The notes beneath the pieces were generated by a model that worked only from the letters and a program-made list of their open reading frames with translations, did not search any database and was not told the DNA's origin. DNA of 63,562 nt from contig JAHWIG010000003.1 of NCBI GenBank assembly GCA_019322735.1, forward strand, positions 1-63,562, in the 5' to 3' direction. A program made the position numbers and the translations under genes. This document shows, one piece after another, positions 1 to 9,247 of this stretch. How positions within the stretch are numbered: position 1 is the first letter of the stretch; every line of letters begins with the position of its first letter. Source of the stretch: Candidatus Woesearchaeota archaeon (GTDB lineage Archaea > Nanobdellota > Nanobdellia > Woesearchaeales > BS150m-G63).

Positions 1-554
1 AAATGGAGAAGATTGTGGAGATATATGTGGGAATGTGACTAATGTTTATGATACTTATTATTTCAATGTAAGCCAGTTTACTAATTATAGTGTTGGAGAT
101 ATAGTTGATTGCGGAGATACAATAACTTCTTCAACAACCCTGATCAGAAATATGACTTGTTCAGGGACTGGAATTATTATTAGAAATAGTTCCATTGTCA
201 GAAATAGTCTCATAGACAATACCATGTTTATTGTTCCAAATACTACCTCCTTCAACAAGATTACAATTTTTAACTGTTACATTATTGTAAGTATTACTTA
301 CACCATAACCCATTTCACTAGTAGAATAATTAATAGTATATCCATCACAATCTAAAACAACATCATCTGCCCCAATAACAATTCCAGTCCCTGAACAAGT
401 CATATTTCTGATCAGGGTTGTTGAAGAAGTTATTGTATCTCCGCAATCAACTATATCTCCAACACTATAATTAGTAAACTGACTTACATCAAAATAATAA
501 GTATCAGAAACATTAGTCACATCCCCACATACATCCCCACAATCTTCTCCATTT
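1..554. repeat. Inverted repeat with arms 1-181 and 374-554 around a unique 192-bp core (182-373)
   Basis: The reverse complement of 374-554 aligns base-for-base with 1-181. The match is perfect over 74-175 versus 380-481 (102 bp). About 8 mismatches lie in the outer 73 bp and one at 176/379. Confidence 0.9.
2..355 (+). CDS. 3' end (partial, enters from the window edge) of a second parallel-beta-helix surface-protein paralog. Its last ~58 codons run antisense to the neighbouring gene.
   Basis: Frame 2 is open from the window edge and reads NGEDCGDICGNVTNVYDTYYFNVSQFTNYSVGDIVDCGDTITSSTTLIRNMTCSGTG, the module also present in the minus-strand gene. Stop at 353-355. Confidence 0.45.
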   Translation, partial: NGEDCGDICGNVTNVYDTYYFNVSQFTNYSVGDIVDCGDTITSSTTLIRNMTCSGTGIIIRNSSIVRNSLIDNTMFIVPNTTSFNKITIFNCYIIVSITYTITHFTSRIINSISITI

Positions 555-3487
555 CTAAAAGCAGTTGCAAACCCAGTTATTGAAACACCAAAGAAAGTTA
601 GATTTGCAGATTTATTCAATCCAGTCTTAGAAGAATTTACATAAATGGAATTATTACCGATTTTAATATCTGCACTTAAATTATCTCCACTACCATTTAT
701 TGCTTCTAAAAATCTTATTTCCCCTTCTCCTGTATCCTTAATGTAAAAAGTCCCACCAGTATCAGTGATTTTATATTTTCCAATTGGTTGATCTATAAAA
801 TAAGTGCCATTAATTTCCTTTCCAGAGTAACCAAGAGGGTAACCATACAAATGAAAATCCACCTGCAAAATATTGCTTAATGTATTATTTACAAAAACAT
901 TATCATGTGGTAAGAGAACTGTAGTAAACCCATCCCAAGCTATTTTTATTGCAGTACTTCCTTGTGTAATGTTATTACCTTCAAAGCGATTATTACTGGA
1001 AGCCCCCTGCAGCAGAATAACAGACCTAGCAGATAATATACCATTATCAAGTGTATTATTTGTAAAATTGTTGTATCTGCCTCGCGCAACCCAAAATCCC
1101 CTTCCACCTACACTGAGATTATTATTTGATATAATATTCCACTTGTTCTGAAAACCAGCCTCACTGAGGGTGATACCCTGCGCACTTGGGTGGAGTAGAT
1201 CAAGAAGGATATTATTATTTAATATACTATTAAACTCTGCCCCTACCAACTCAATTCCACTGCCAAAACCTGTTCCTTCAAATTTATTATTTGTTATATT
1301 ATTTCTATCCGATTCATCGATAGAAATACCATGAGCCGCTCCAAAGATGGTAAAATTATTATTAGAAATTGTCCCATTATCTGCATTATCAAAGTAAACC
1401 CCATTTTTATTGTTACCTGTAGCATTCCCTTCAACAACATTACAATTCTGGATAGTTACATTGTCATATCCACCAGTATTATTAATACCATAAGTGCTAG
1501 CAGTTCCACTAGTAGAATAATTAATAGTATAACCAGAACAATCCAAAACAACATCATCTGCACCAATAATTATTCCAGTCCCTGAACAAGTTAAATTAGT
1601 TGTTAGCGTTGTTGAAGAAGTTATTGTATCTCCGCAATTAACCCTATTCCCAACACTATACTTAGTAAACTGACTTACATTGAAATAATAAGTATCAGAA
1701 ACATTAGTCAGATCTCCACATATATCTCCACAATCTTCCCCATTTCTAAAAGCAATTGCAAATCCAGTTATCGAAACGCCAAAGAAACTAAGATTAGCAG
1801 ATTGATTCAATCCAGTCTGAGAAGAATTTACATAAATGGAATTATTTTCAATCTTAATATCTGCACTTAAATTATTCCCACTACCATTTATTGCTTCTAA
1901 AAATCTTATTTCTCCGTGTATGCTATCTTTGAAATAAAGTATAGAACCAGAACCAGGTATAGAATAACTTCCTATCGGTTGATCTATAAAATAATTCCCA
2001 TCAGTTCCAGGACTATTAATATCCAAATCATAATAACTAGAATGGCTAATTAGGGTGTTGTTTGTGAAATTATTGTTTTGTGTGCTTGGGGTCCATATCT
2101 TAATTGCACTACCATCACTTGAATTAAAAATATTGTTTTCTATGAGGTTGTTTGTTGAATTCTGATTGATATTAAACGCCTGAATGTTGGTTTCTATTGT
2201 ATTGCCCTTAATAGTTGAATTAACTGTGCGAGTCAGATGAATCCCCCTATAATTTGTTGATACAATTATATTATTGCTTATATTATTGTTGCTAGAGATA
2301 TTTGATCCATCAGGAATAAAGTATATCGTTGGTTTATCCCTGCCTGTAAGGGTGTTGCCAATTATATCATTTGATTCTGAGGAAGAACCAGTGATATAAA
2401 TAACTGAACGTGGGGAAGTTGAACTCTCAAAATTGGTTATAGAATTATTTTTGATTGTGTTGTTTGAAGAGCTAAAGATATATATTCCATAATTAGATCC
2501 CCATCCTTTTATGTTGATAGTGTTGTTTTCAATTGTGTTATTGTTTGAATATGAATCTATCAAAATTGCTTCGCTATCATACGTAATCCCAATTAAATCC
2601 TCTCTGTTGTTAGTTATTTGATTATTTGAAGAGTTTTCTAAGGTTATGGCAGAAGGACTACCAAAACTTATTGTTGTTATATTGTTATTATTAATCAAAG
2701 AGTTATCTACGTTCTTAAAATATATGGCTTTTTGATTTGATCCAGTACTATGGCCTTCAACAAGATTACAGTTTTGAATGGTTACATTATCATAACCTGC
2801 TGTATTGTTGATTGCATAACCACCATTACCTGCAGTAGAATAATTAATAGTATAACCAGAACAATCTAAAACAACATCATCTGCACCAATGTTTATTCCT
2901 GTTCCTGTGCAGGTTAGATTTCCGGTCAATGTGGAAGATGCAATAATTGTGTCTTCACAAGATACTGCAGGATCAGTTGCGTATCCTTTATTCCCACCAT
3001 AATCAAATTCTAAGAACACATCATTTAGATTTAATCTCTTATTAACAGCATAACCAGTATCATTACAATTATAATCATTGACAGAAACAACATCATCAAT
3101 CCAATTATAACTCAAAATATCTTCCCCACACATTAACTCCAAGAACTTCAAATCATAATCTTCATTTACATTACTCCAAGTAGTCCCATTAATAGCTGAA
3201 ATCTTCAAGTCAGCAGTTCCTGTTGTATTGAACATGACAGTCCAATTATCACCTACAGCAACAACTTCAACTGGATTTAAGATGGCTATCTCAACTTCAT
3301 ATGTCTGATTGCTCAAACTTGGAATAATCCATTCAATATAATCAACTAAATCATCATCATTAGTATCATAACCATCATATCCAACTTCTTCTCTGCCATT
3401 ATCTTTGACCCAATATAATCTAACTGATTCATCTAACTGATTCTGCATTGCTATCTTTAATGAACACATAAGACAAGATATCCTCAT
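161..3487 (-). CDS. Large surface protein with three tandem right-handed parallel-beta-helix (NosD/pectin-lyase-like) modules. It is the C-terminal fragment of a frameshifted ~1390-aa gene.
   Basis: The motif CGDTITSSTTL..N(L/M)TCSGTGI.IGADDVVLDC.GYTINYS occurs three times, each followed by Asn-rich N-x-I/N-N-x repeats. There is no signal peptide on this fragment. It overlaps the upstream ORF in another frame. Confidence 0.8.
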   Translation of the reverse strand: MRISCLMCSLKIAMQNQLDESVRLYWVKDNGREEVGYDGYDTNDDDLVDYIEWIIPSLSNQTYEVEIAILNPVEVVAVGDNWTVMFNTTGTADLKISAINGTTWSNVNEDYDLKFLELMCGEDILSYNWIDDVVSVNDYNCNDTGYAVNKRLNLNDVFLEFDYGGNKGYATDPAVSCEDTIIASSTLTGNLTCTGTGINIGADDVVLDCSGYTINYSTAGNGGYAINNTAGYDNVTIQNCNLVEGHSTGSNQKAIYFKNVDNSLINNNNITTISFGSPSAITLENSSNNQITNNREDLIGITYDSEAILIDSYSNNNTIENNTINIKGWGSNYGIYIFSSSNNTIKNNSITNFESSTSPRSVIYITGSSSESNDIIGNTLTGRDKPTIYFIPDGSNISSNNNISNNIIVSTNYRGIHLTRTVNSTIKGNTIETNIQAFNINQNSTNNLIENNIFNSSDGSAIKIWTPSTQNNNFTNNTLISHSSYYDLDINSPGTDGNYFIDQPIGSYSIPGSGSILYFKDSIHGEIRFLEAINGSGNNLSADIKIENNSIYVNSSQTGLNQSANLSFFGVSITGFAIAFRNGEDCGDICGDLTNVSDTYYFNVSQFTKYSVGNRVNCGDTITSSTTLTTNLTCSGTGIIIGADDVVLDCSGYTINYSTSGTASTYGINNTGGYDNVTIQNCNVVEGNATGNNKNGVYFDNADNGTISNNNFTIFGAAHGISIDESDRNNITNNKFEGTGFGSGIELVGAEFNSILNNNILLDLLHPSAQGITLSEAGFQNKWNIISNNNLSVGGRGFWVARGRYNNFTNNTLDNGILSARSVILLQGASSNNRFEGNNITQGSTAIKIAWDGFTTVLLPHDNVFVNNTLSNILQVDFHLYGYPLGYSGKEINGTYFIDQPIGKYKITDTGGTFYIKDTGEGEIRFLEAINGSGDNLSADIKIGNNSIYVNSSKTGLNKSANLTFFGVSITGFATAFRNGEDCGDVCGDVTNVSDTYYFDVSQFTNYSVGDIVDCGDTITSSTTLIRNMTCSGTGIVIGADDVVLDCDGYTINYSTSEMGYGVSNTYNNVTVKNCNLVEGGSIWNNKHGIVYETISDNGTISNNNSSP
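3418..3443. repeat. Perfect 13-bp tandem duplication (ATCTAACTGATTC x2 on the + strand; GAATCAGTTAGAT x2 in the gene sense)
   Basis: Read directly. Copy 1 is 3418-3430 and copy 2 is 3431-3443, located exactly where ORF 3429..4331 and ORF 161..3487 change frame. Confidence 0.95.
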
Positions 3488-4331
3488 AATGAATCTCAGA
3501 ACTAATCACAATCCGTTTCTTCCAATTACTCAATTCTTCTTCAACTGCTATTGGCCCTGGAATCTCATATTCAATTTCAACTTCTTCAACTTCTTCTTCA
3601 ATAACTAATTCTGTTTCATTTATCTCGCTAATAACATAACCAGTTATTCCAACAAAACTAGTAAACCAATCAACTATCCTATCAAAGATATTATCATCAA
3701 TTTCAACAACAATACCGCCGGTCACTAAATTATGTTGATCAAGCTCCACAATCTGCCCCTTATTCTTAACAACAACCTTATCAGAAATATCCTTTCCAAT
3801 ACCATTAACCAGTTTCTTAACAATTATCTTGCTTGCATTCTGTGGCAGTTTAACAACTAAATCTTTTCTAGCCCCAGTTAGTTTAATTTTCTTAATAAAC
3901 TTAACAGGACTATTTATCCTTACTCTGCCAACAACATGTTCAGTAACTTGACTAACTTTTGATTTTATTTTTATACTTAGATTTACATCAGTTAAATTCT
4001 TACTAATGTTCTTTAAATGGAGGGTTAAGACAACATACGCGCTTTCATTCTCAACACTAATATTCTCTTCAATAATACTAGTATTCAATGAAATATTTTC
4101 AGATTCCTGAACATTCAATCCTTCACTTATATCACTTTCAATACTAATATTATCCATACTAATATTCTCTAAACTTATATTCTCGCTAATGTTAAAGCTA
4201 TCATTTCCAGTAACCAAACCAGTGACAACAGGCTTAGAGAACATAAATGCAAACATGAAAATAGCAATAACTGCAACTACTGCTAACCCTCCCATCGCTT
4301 TCTCACTCCGTTTAAGCGCATTTATGTTCAT
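3429..4331 (-). CDS. N-terminal fragment of the same surface protein: a signal-anchor TM helix plus a Ser/Asn/Ile/Glu-rich stalk
   Basis: The N-terminus contains GGLAVVAVIAIFMFAFMF (hydrophobic anchor). The C-terminus ...KDSNAESVR* joins ...LYWVKDNG of the next ORF once one 13-bp repeat copy is removed. Confidence 0.75.
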   Translation of the reverse strand: MNINALKRSEKAMGGLAVVAVIAIFMFAFMFSKPVVTGLVTGNDSFNISENISLENISMDNISIESDISEGLNVQESENISLNTSIIEENISVENESAYVVLTLHLKNISKNLTDVNLSIKIKSKVSQVTEHVVGRVRINSPVKFIKKIKLTGARKDLVVKLPQNASKIIVKKLVNGIGKDISDKVVVKNKGQIVELDQHNLVTGGIVVEIDDNIFDRIVDWFTSFVGITGYVISEINETELVIEEEVEEVEIEYEIPGPIAVEEELSNWKKRIVISSEIHYEDILSYVFIKDSNAESVR

Positions 4332-4765
4332 TTTTTATCCCTTTTCTCTTGTAGATACAATAGTCTCTTCTTCTTAGCCCTACTATAACAAGTCCAAACA
4401 GTTCTATCATCCCTGTTCAAAAGCACAGCCATCTCATGGTAGCTCAATTTTCTTTCATCTTTCAGATACTCAACAATTGTTTCTAGAACACTGACTTCCC
4501 TATCCAAAAAAATAGAACTAGGAATATGCTCCCTGCTCTCAGCAAGTTTCACAACATGCCCTGGATTTTTCTTCTTAGCCCTATTGTAACAAGTCCATAT
4601 TGTCCTGTCATTCCTGTTCAAAAGCACAGCTATCTCATGATAGCTCAAACCCTTGCCATCCTTAAGATACTCAGAAATAGCCTCTAGAACACTCACCCCT
4701 CTGTCTAAGAACACAGATAAAGGTATAAGAATTACTCTATCCTCTTTTGTTTTAGCTAAAATCAA
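4328..4765 (-). CDS. Tandem-duplicated HTH regulator (two sigma-70 region 4 / LuxR-like HTH units)
   Basis: Two ~65-aa internal repeats: FLDRGVSVLEAISEYLKDGKGLSYHEIAVLLNRNDRTIWTCYNRAKKK and FLDREVSVLETIVEYLKDERKLSYHEMAVLLNRDDRTVWTCYSRAKKK. There is only a TTG start, and the 3' end overlaps the surface-protein gene start by 4 nt. Confidence 0.6.
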   Translation of the reverse strand: MILAKTKEDRVILIPLSVFLDRGVSVLEAISEYLKDGKGLSYHEIAVLLNRNDRTIWTCYNRAKKKNPGHVVKLAESREHIPSSIFLDREVSVLETIVEYLKDERKLSYHEMAVLLNRDDRTVWTCYSRAKKKRLLYLQEKRDKK

Positions 4766-4782
4766 TACTTACAATGTAAGTA
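4766..4782. promoter_or_regulatory. 17-bp perfect palindrome TACTTACA-A-TGTAAGTA (candidate operator)
   Basis: Lies between an A/T-rich TATA-like box (~4788-4797) and the start codon of the tandem-HTH gene. Confidence 0.4.
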
Positions 4783-4836
4783 CAATATTATTTAAATCTT
4801 TTGTTTTAACCAAGAAAAAACAGCAAAAAATCCCAA

Positions 4837-4853
4837 TACTTACATTGTAGGTA
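4837..4853. promoter_or_regulatory. Second copy of the palindrome (TACTTACA-T-TGTAGGTA, 1 mismatch)
   Basis: Both copies share the extended sequence CAATACTTACA.TGTA.GTA. This copy sits just upstream of TATA-like AATATATAAAG (4858-4868) of the + strand gene. Confidence 0.4.
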
Positions 4854-4877
4854 TGTGTAATATATAAAGTTTTCGGA

Positions 4878-5777
4878 ATGCGTTTAAGAAAAAACAGCAA
4901 GTTTTTAATAATAACAACACCCCACAATATTATGAATAACATCAAAGAATCATTTATGATATTTCTAAGAGGTGTATTCATGGGAATAGCAGATGCTATT
5001 CCAGGGGTGTCTGGAGGCACAATAGCCCTAATAACCGGAATCTACCAAAGATTAATTCACGGAATAAATAATATTAACACATTAATCTTAAAAGAGATAG
5101 CAAACAACAACATAAAGAAGGCAATAACCAACATAAAAAAGATTGACTTCCCATTTTTTATTCCCTTAATTCTAGGAATAGCAATAGCACTGTTAACAGT
5201 CTCCCATATTATAGGATATTTGTTAACTGCATATACTTCCATAACATATGCATTCTTCCTTGGATTGATCTTGATATCGGCATTATTTGTATACAAACAA
5301 TCAAAAAGGCAACATGAAAAAAATTTACCATATATTATATTAGGATTTATCTTTTCACTTTGGTTTACAGGATTGACGGCCATAAAAACAACCCACTCAT
5401 TACCAATATTATTTCTTGCAGGGGCAATAGCAATCTGCGCAATGATCCTGCCAGGAATATCAGGGGCATTCATCTTAGTATTATTGAATCAATACGAATT
5501 CATGATAAACTCATTAAAAAACATTTTAATAGATAAACTGGCAGTTTTCATAATTGGGGGAATAGTAGGAATCCTATCATTCTCAAATTTCTTAGATTAT
5601 CTATTAAAAAAACATAAGAGCGCTACAATGTCTTTCCTAACTGGATTAATGATTGGATCCTTAAGAATTCCCTATGAAAAGATCATCTCCACCCAATACA
5701 ACATAATTTCTACAATAATCGCAGTAGCAATAGGAATTATTTTAGTATTAGTCTTAGAGAAAAAGTTTTCAAGATAA
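4878..5777 (+). CDS. DUF368 family membrane protein (family linked to undecaprenyl-phosphate recycling)
   Basis: Hallmark motifs GIADAIPGVSGGTIALITGIY and LPGISGAFILVLLNQYE, with multiple TM helices. The true start may be ATG 4932, because the TATA-like box is too close to 4878. Confidence 0.75.
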   Translation: MRLRKNSKFLIITTPHNIMNNIKESFMIFLRGVFMGIADAIPGVSGGTIALITGIYQRLIHGINNINTLILKEIANNNIKKAITNIKKIDFPFFIPLILGIAIALLTVSHIIGYLLTAYTSITYAFFLGLILISALFVYKQSKRQHEKNLPYIILGFIFSLWFTGLTAIKTTHSLPILFLAGAIAICAMILPGISGAFILVLLNQYEFMINSLKNILIDKLAVFIIGGIVGILSFSNFLDYLLKKHKSATMSFLTGLMIGSLRIPYEKIISTQYNIISTIIAVAIGIILVLVLEKKFSR

Positions 5778-7001
5778 AATTATTTTCTTGACCCTTTCCT
5801 TAACATATTTATCTTTAATTAAATCTTTAATCAATAAATAAGCCTTCATATATTCTCTTTTTTCTCTAGCAAAAATCCTTCCGCCAGAAATAAAGCAGTT
5901 ATTATGCTTTTTCTTAAATCCTTTAACATTCTTTCTATCTTTTGATGGTGGACCATTAATAGTAACAATTGAAGATAATAGTTTCTTCTCAACAATAAAG
6001 TAAAATACCCCTATATCTTTGAATTCCCATCCAGTCTCAAGTATATTAAATCCTTCGCCCTTAATTTTAAGTTTAATAAAGGTATAAGCTTTCAATAATT
6101 TTGCCCCTACAACATCCTTCTTTCCATCAAGTGGCTCTACTTTAATAAAAAACAATTCCTCTCCACCCTTAACTTTTAATTTGTTCTTCCTTATTCCTTC
6201 TATCTTAAAGAAATTCTTGCTTGGTCTTGAAAGAAATCTATTAGCAGCTTCTTTGAACAATAAGAACTTCTCCATACTCAAGGCAGCAGCAGCATTCCTC
6301 TCTGGCATTATAGGGTCAACAACAATCAAAGGGGCAAATATTTTAGACTTATTCATTTTGCTTAATGCTTTACTTTTATGTACATCATGATAATCAATAA
6401 CTTCCTTTTTATACCACTTTACGGCATTCCTTAATAATTTTAAAAATCCACCATAGTAAATAACCAAAATATCAAGAACATGCCCAGAAAATCCCTTGAT
6501 ATAGCTTTCTGCCCCATAAACATTAATACTTTTACAGAACTGCTTTGCTAATCTAATCTCATTCCGCAACTTAACATTACTATTCTTGATAACCCAATCA
6601 ACATGCAATGGACTCATATCCATTATATTTTCAGCCTGCTCTGATTTAGTTATATTCAAGACAGGAATAATTTCAAAACTTAATTTATCTTCAATAGAAA
6701 AATAATCCCTGCTTCCATGAACCAATTCAGGATTTAATGGTTTCAAAACCTTCTCCAGAATCTTACTAATATCTTTATCTTTATACCTTAAGTCAAATTT
6801 TACAAAGATATCAACATCATAATCATTCTTCAAGAAAGTTCCTTTGGCAATTGACCCACCAGCAAATACTTCTGCTTTTATACTATTCTTCCAAATAAGC
6901 TTCTCCAATCTTTTTAAGAATAAGTCAATCTCCTTATTTTCTTCAATTGGTTTTATATCCTTTAAAACGTCTGTAAGTAAACCCATACTTTCAAAATACA
7001 C
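5769..7001 (-). CDS. cca: Archaeal class I CCA-adding enzyme (tRNA nucleotidyltransferase)
   Basis: GGSIAKGTFLKNDYDVDIFVKF nucleotidyltransferase motif. The ~410-aa length is typical of archaeal Cca. Confidence 0.8.
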   Translation of the reverse strand: MYFESMGLLTDVLKDIKPIEENKEIDLFLKRLEKLIWKNSIKAEVFAGGSIAKGTFLKNDYDVDIFVKFDLRYKDKDISKILEKVLKPLNPELVHGSRDYFSIEDKLSFEIIPVLNITKSEQAENIMDMSPLHVDWVIKNSNVKLRNEIRLAKQFCKSINVYGAESYIKGFSGHVLDILVIYYGGFLKLLRNAVKWYKKEVIDYHDVHKSKALSKMNKSKIFAPLIVVDPIMPERNAAAALSMEKFLLFKEAANRFLSRPSKNFFKIEGIRKNKLKVKGGEELFFIKVEPLDGKKDVVGAKLLKAYTFIKLKIKGEGFNILETGWEFKDIGVFYFIVEKKLLSSIVTINGPPSKDRKNVKGFKKKHNNCFISGGRIFAREKREYMKAYLLIKDLIKDKYVKERVKKIILS

Positions 7002-7184
7002 CTTTTTCTATAAAAATCTTTGTAATATAGTGGGGGATATAATTAAATCATATCTTAGATTAGTTACTATTTTAAGAAAGATAAAAAAATATAATTTACT
7101 TTTGTTTTTCTCCAATCCATTATAAAACAGAGTTACTCCGCAATGATAGAAACATTTAAATATTGACCACAAACTAAGCCAGAT

Positions 7185-7952
7185 ATGAAATATAGTGATA
7201 GACCATTAGTGGAAATGGCATCTAAAAAAAGAATAGAGTTCTCTTTAGGCATCAAAAACATAATTAATTTTACATTAGCAACAAAAGACCCTAATGAGAT
7301 CCATAATCCAAAATTCACTTCTAATCCAATAATTCCTGGTTTTCAGTTAGAATCATTAGTGGCACATTATACAGAAAAAAACAAAATAGATCAATATGGT
7401 CATCTTGAAAGTATAGAGACTAAATTTAAGAAATTTGCATATTCAAATCAACTACTGTCTCTTGAATTAAATTATAAAGATGATACGGTGAATGCAACCT
7501 TATTAAAGTGTAATGATACTATCACAACCACAACTTTAAAGTATTCTCCATCCCTTTGTGTGCAGTTATATCAAAGAAACAATAATTCTGTGAGGGTGAG
7601 CCGTAAGATGGTGGATGACTTCTATGATGGAATTAATATATCCCATGAAAAAGGATTTCCTCTTTTCATCCTCCCAAGTTTAAGTTCATATGCAATAAAA
7701 GATAAAATTTCTAAACATTTGGTTCCTGGAACTAAACCAATCTATCTAAAACACAATATAAGATTTTATAGTCAAATAGCTCAGTTTAATATGAATGAAA
7801 GAGTTTATTTAAACATAGAATCTTTCAAAAAAACAAGTAGAATAGACAAAATTATTATCTCTGGAGGAGATAAAAAGAATAATAAATTATTTAATGCAGA
7901 AATTCTATTGGGATACATTACTGATGAAAAGATAGATAGTCTTCTAAAATAA
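7185..7952 (+). CDS. Hypothetical protein
   Basis: Long ORF with no motif I can name confidently. There is a weak DPNEIHNP resemblance to hot-dog/MaoC signatures only. Confidence 0.5.
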   Translation: MKYSDRPLVEMASKKRIEFSLGIKNIINFTLATKDPNEIHNPKFTSNPIIPGFQLESLVAHYTEKNKIDQYGHLESIETKFKKFAYSNQLLSLELNYKDDTVNATLLKCNDTITTTTLKYSPSLCVQLYQRNNNSVRVSRKMVDDFYDGINISHEKGFPLFILPSLSSYAIKDKISKHLVPGTKPIYLKHNIRFYSQIAQFNMNERVYLNIESFKKTSRIDKIIISGGDKKNNKLFNAEILLGYITDEKIDSLLK

Positions 7953-8004
7953 AAACAAAAACTTAATATATCTCTTTCTCGCCTCTATACTAAAAAAGAG
8001 GTAA

Positions 8005-9225
8005 ATGATGGAAACACTATTCTATTTAACATCAATAGCGGTTCTCTTACTTATAGGAATTCTTTGTTCAGTTGTTGCTAACAGACTTAAGATCCCAAAT
8101 GTATTACTATTGATTCTTGCAGGAATACTATTAAGCTACATAAAATACGAAAATAAACAATTAGTTACATTCTCTCCAGTATTCTTGACAAGCATTAGCA
8201 TTATTGCATTGGTTATGATATTATTTGATTCCAGCTCAAAAATTAAATTAAAGACCTTTGACACATTATCTTTTAAGGCATTAAAACTCTCTTCTATTTT
8301 CATGTGGTATAATACAATTCTATTGCCACTCCCTTTATTATTTATCTATGGAATATATGCTGAAACATTGGCAAAGCAAGTAATACTTGCATTAGTTTTT
8401 GCAACATTAGTCTCAACAACAGATTCTGTTTCTGTTATGGTTATTCTAAAGACAATTAAGGGAAGAGTTGCAAAAATGCTTGAAGTAGAATCCATAATAA
8501 ATACACCATTAGCAATTATTCTTCCATTCATGTTAATCAATTTGTTGGATAAATTAAAAGGAGAAGTAGGGATGTCTACTTTCTTACTTGATCAAATCCT
8601 TCCATTTTTAGCACAGATTGTTGTTGGAATAGGTTCAGGGGTTTTTGTTGGTATTATCATCTTCAAATTAATGAGAAAACACTACTCAGAACAACTCAGC
8701 CCAGTAGCATTGATAACCGCAGCCCTATTGACATATATAATTGCAGAAAATCTTGAAGGGTCTGGAGTTTTAGCAGTTGTTGCTCTTGGATTATTCTTTG
8801 GAAACATTCATGTAAAACAAAAAGATACTTTAAAAGGATTCTCTTCAATGTTCTCCAATAGTCTAGAAATACTTGTTTTCATCTTAATAGGATTCATGGT
8901 TAATATCCCATTAATACCCTCATTTTTCATTAAATCTCTTGCCCTATTTTTAATATATCTTCTAATAAGATTCTTAGCAGTACATTTTTCCTTCAGGGAT
9001 TCTTATTCTTTAAATGAGAAGATATTCATGAGTCTTAATGTCTCAAAAGGGATTGCTGTTGCAGTAGTTGCCTTCACATTAATGACTAAAAATATACCAG
9101 GAATAGATCATATATTACAATTGATACTAATCTTCATGGTCTACAGTATAGCTACAGCGACAATAGCAGAGAAATTTGCATTAAAATTATTAAATCCCTT
9201 AAAAGATCATAAGAAAACTATTTAA
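8005..9225 (+). CDS. Na+/H+ (cation/proton) antiporter, CPA1/NhaP-like
   Basis: About 11-12 TM helices and the TDSVSV motif (equivalent to the ATDPV of NhaP). SD GAGGT lies upstream. Confidence 0.75.
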   Translation: MMETLFYLTSIAVLLLIGILCSVVANRLKIPNVLLLILAGILLSYIKYENKQLVTFSPVFLTSISIIALVMILFDSSSKIKLKTFDTLSFKALKLSSIFMWYNTILLPLPLLFIYGIYAETLAKQVILALVFATLVSTTDSVSVMVILKTIKGRVAKMLEVESIINTPLAIILPFMLINLLDKLKGEVGMSTFLLDQILPFLAQIVVGIGSGVFVGIIIFKLMRKHYSEQLSPVALITAALLTYIIAENLEGSGVLAVVALGLFFGNIHVKQKDTLKGFSSMFSNSLEILVFILIGFMVNIPLIPSFFIKSLALFLIYLLIRFLAVHFSFRDSYSLNEKIFMSLNVSKGIAVAVVAFTLMTKNIPGIDHILQLILIFMVYSIATATIAEKFALKLLNPLKDHKKTI

Positions 9226-9247
9226 ACACTATAAATTCTAAAAAAAC

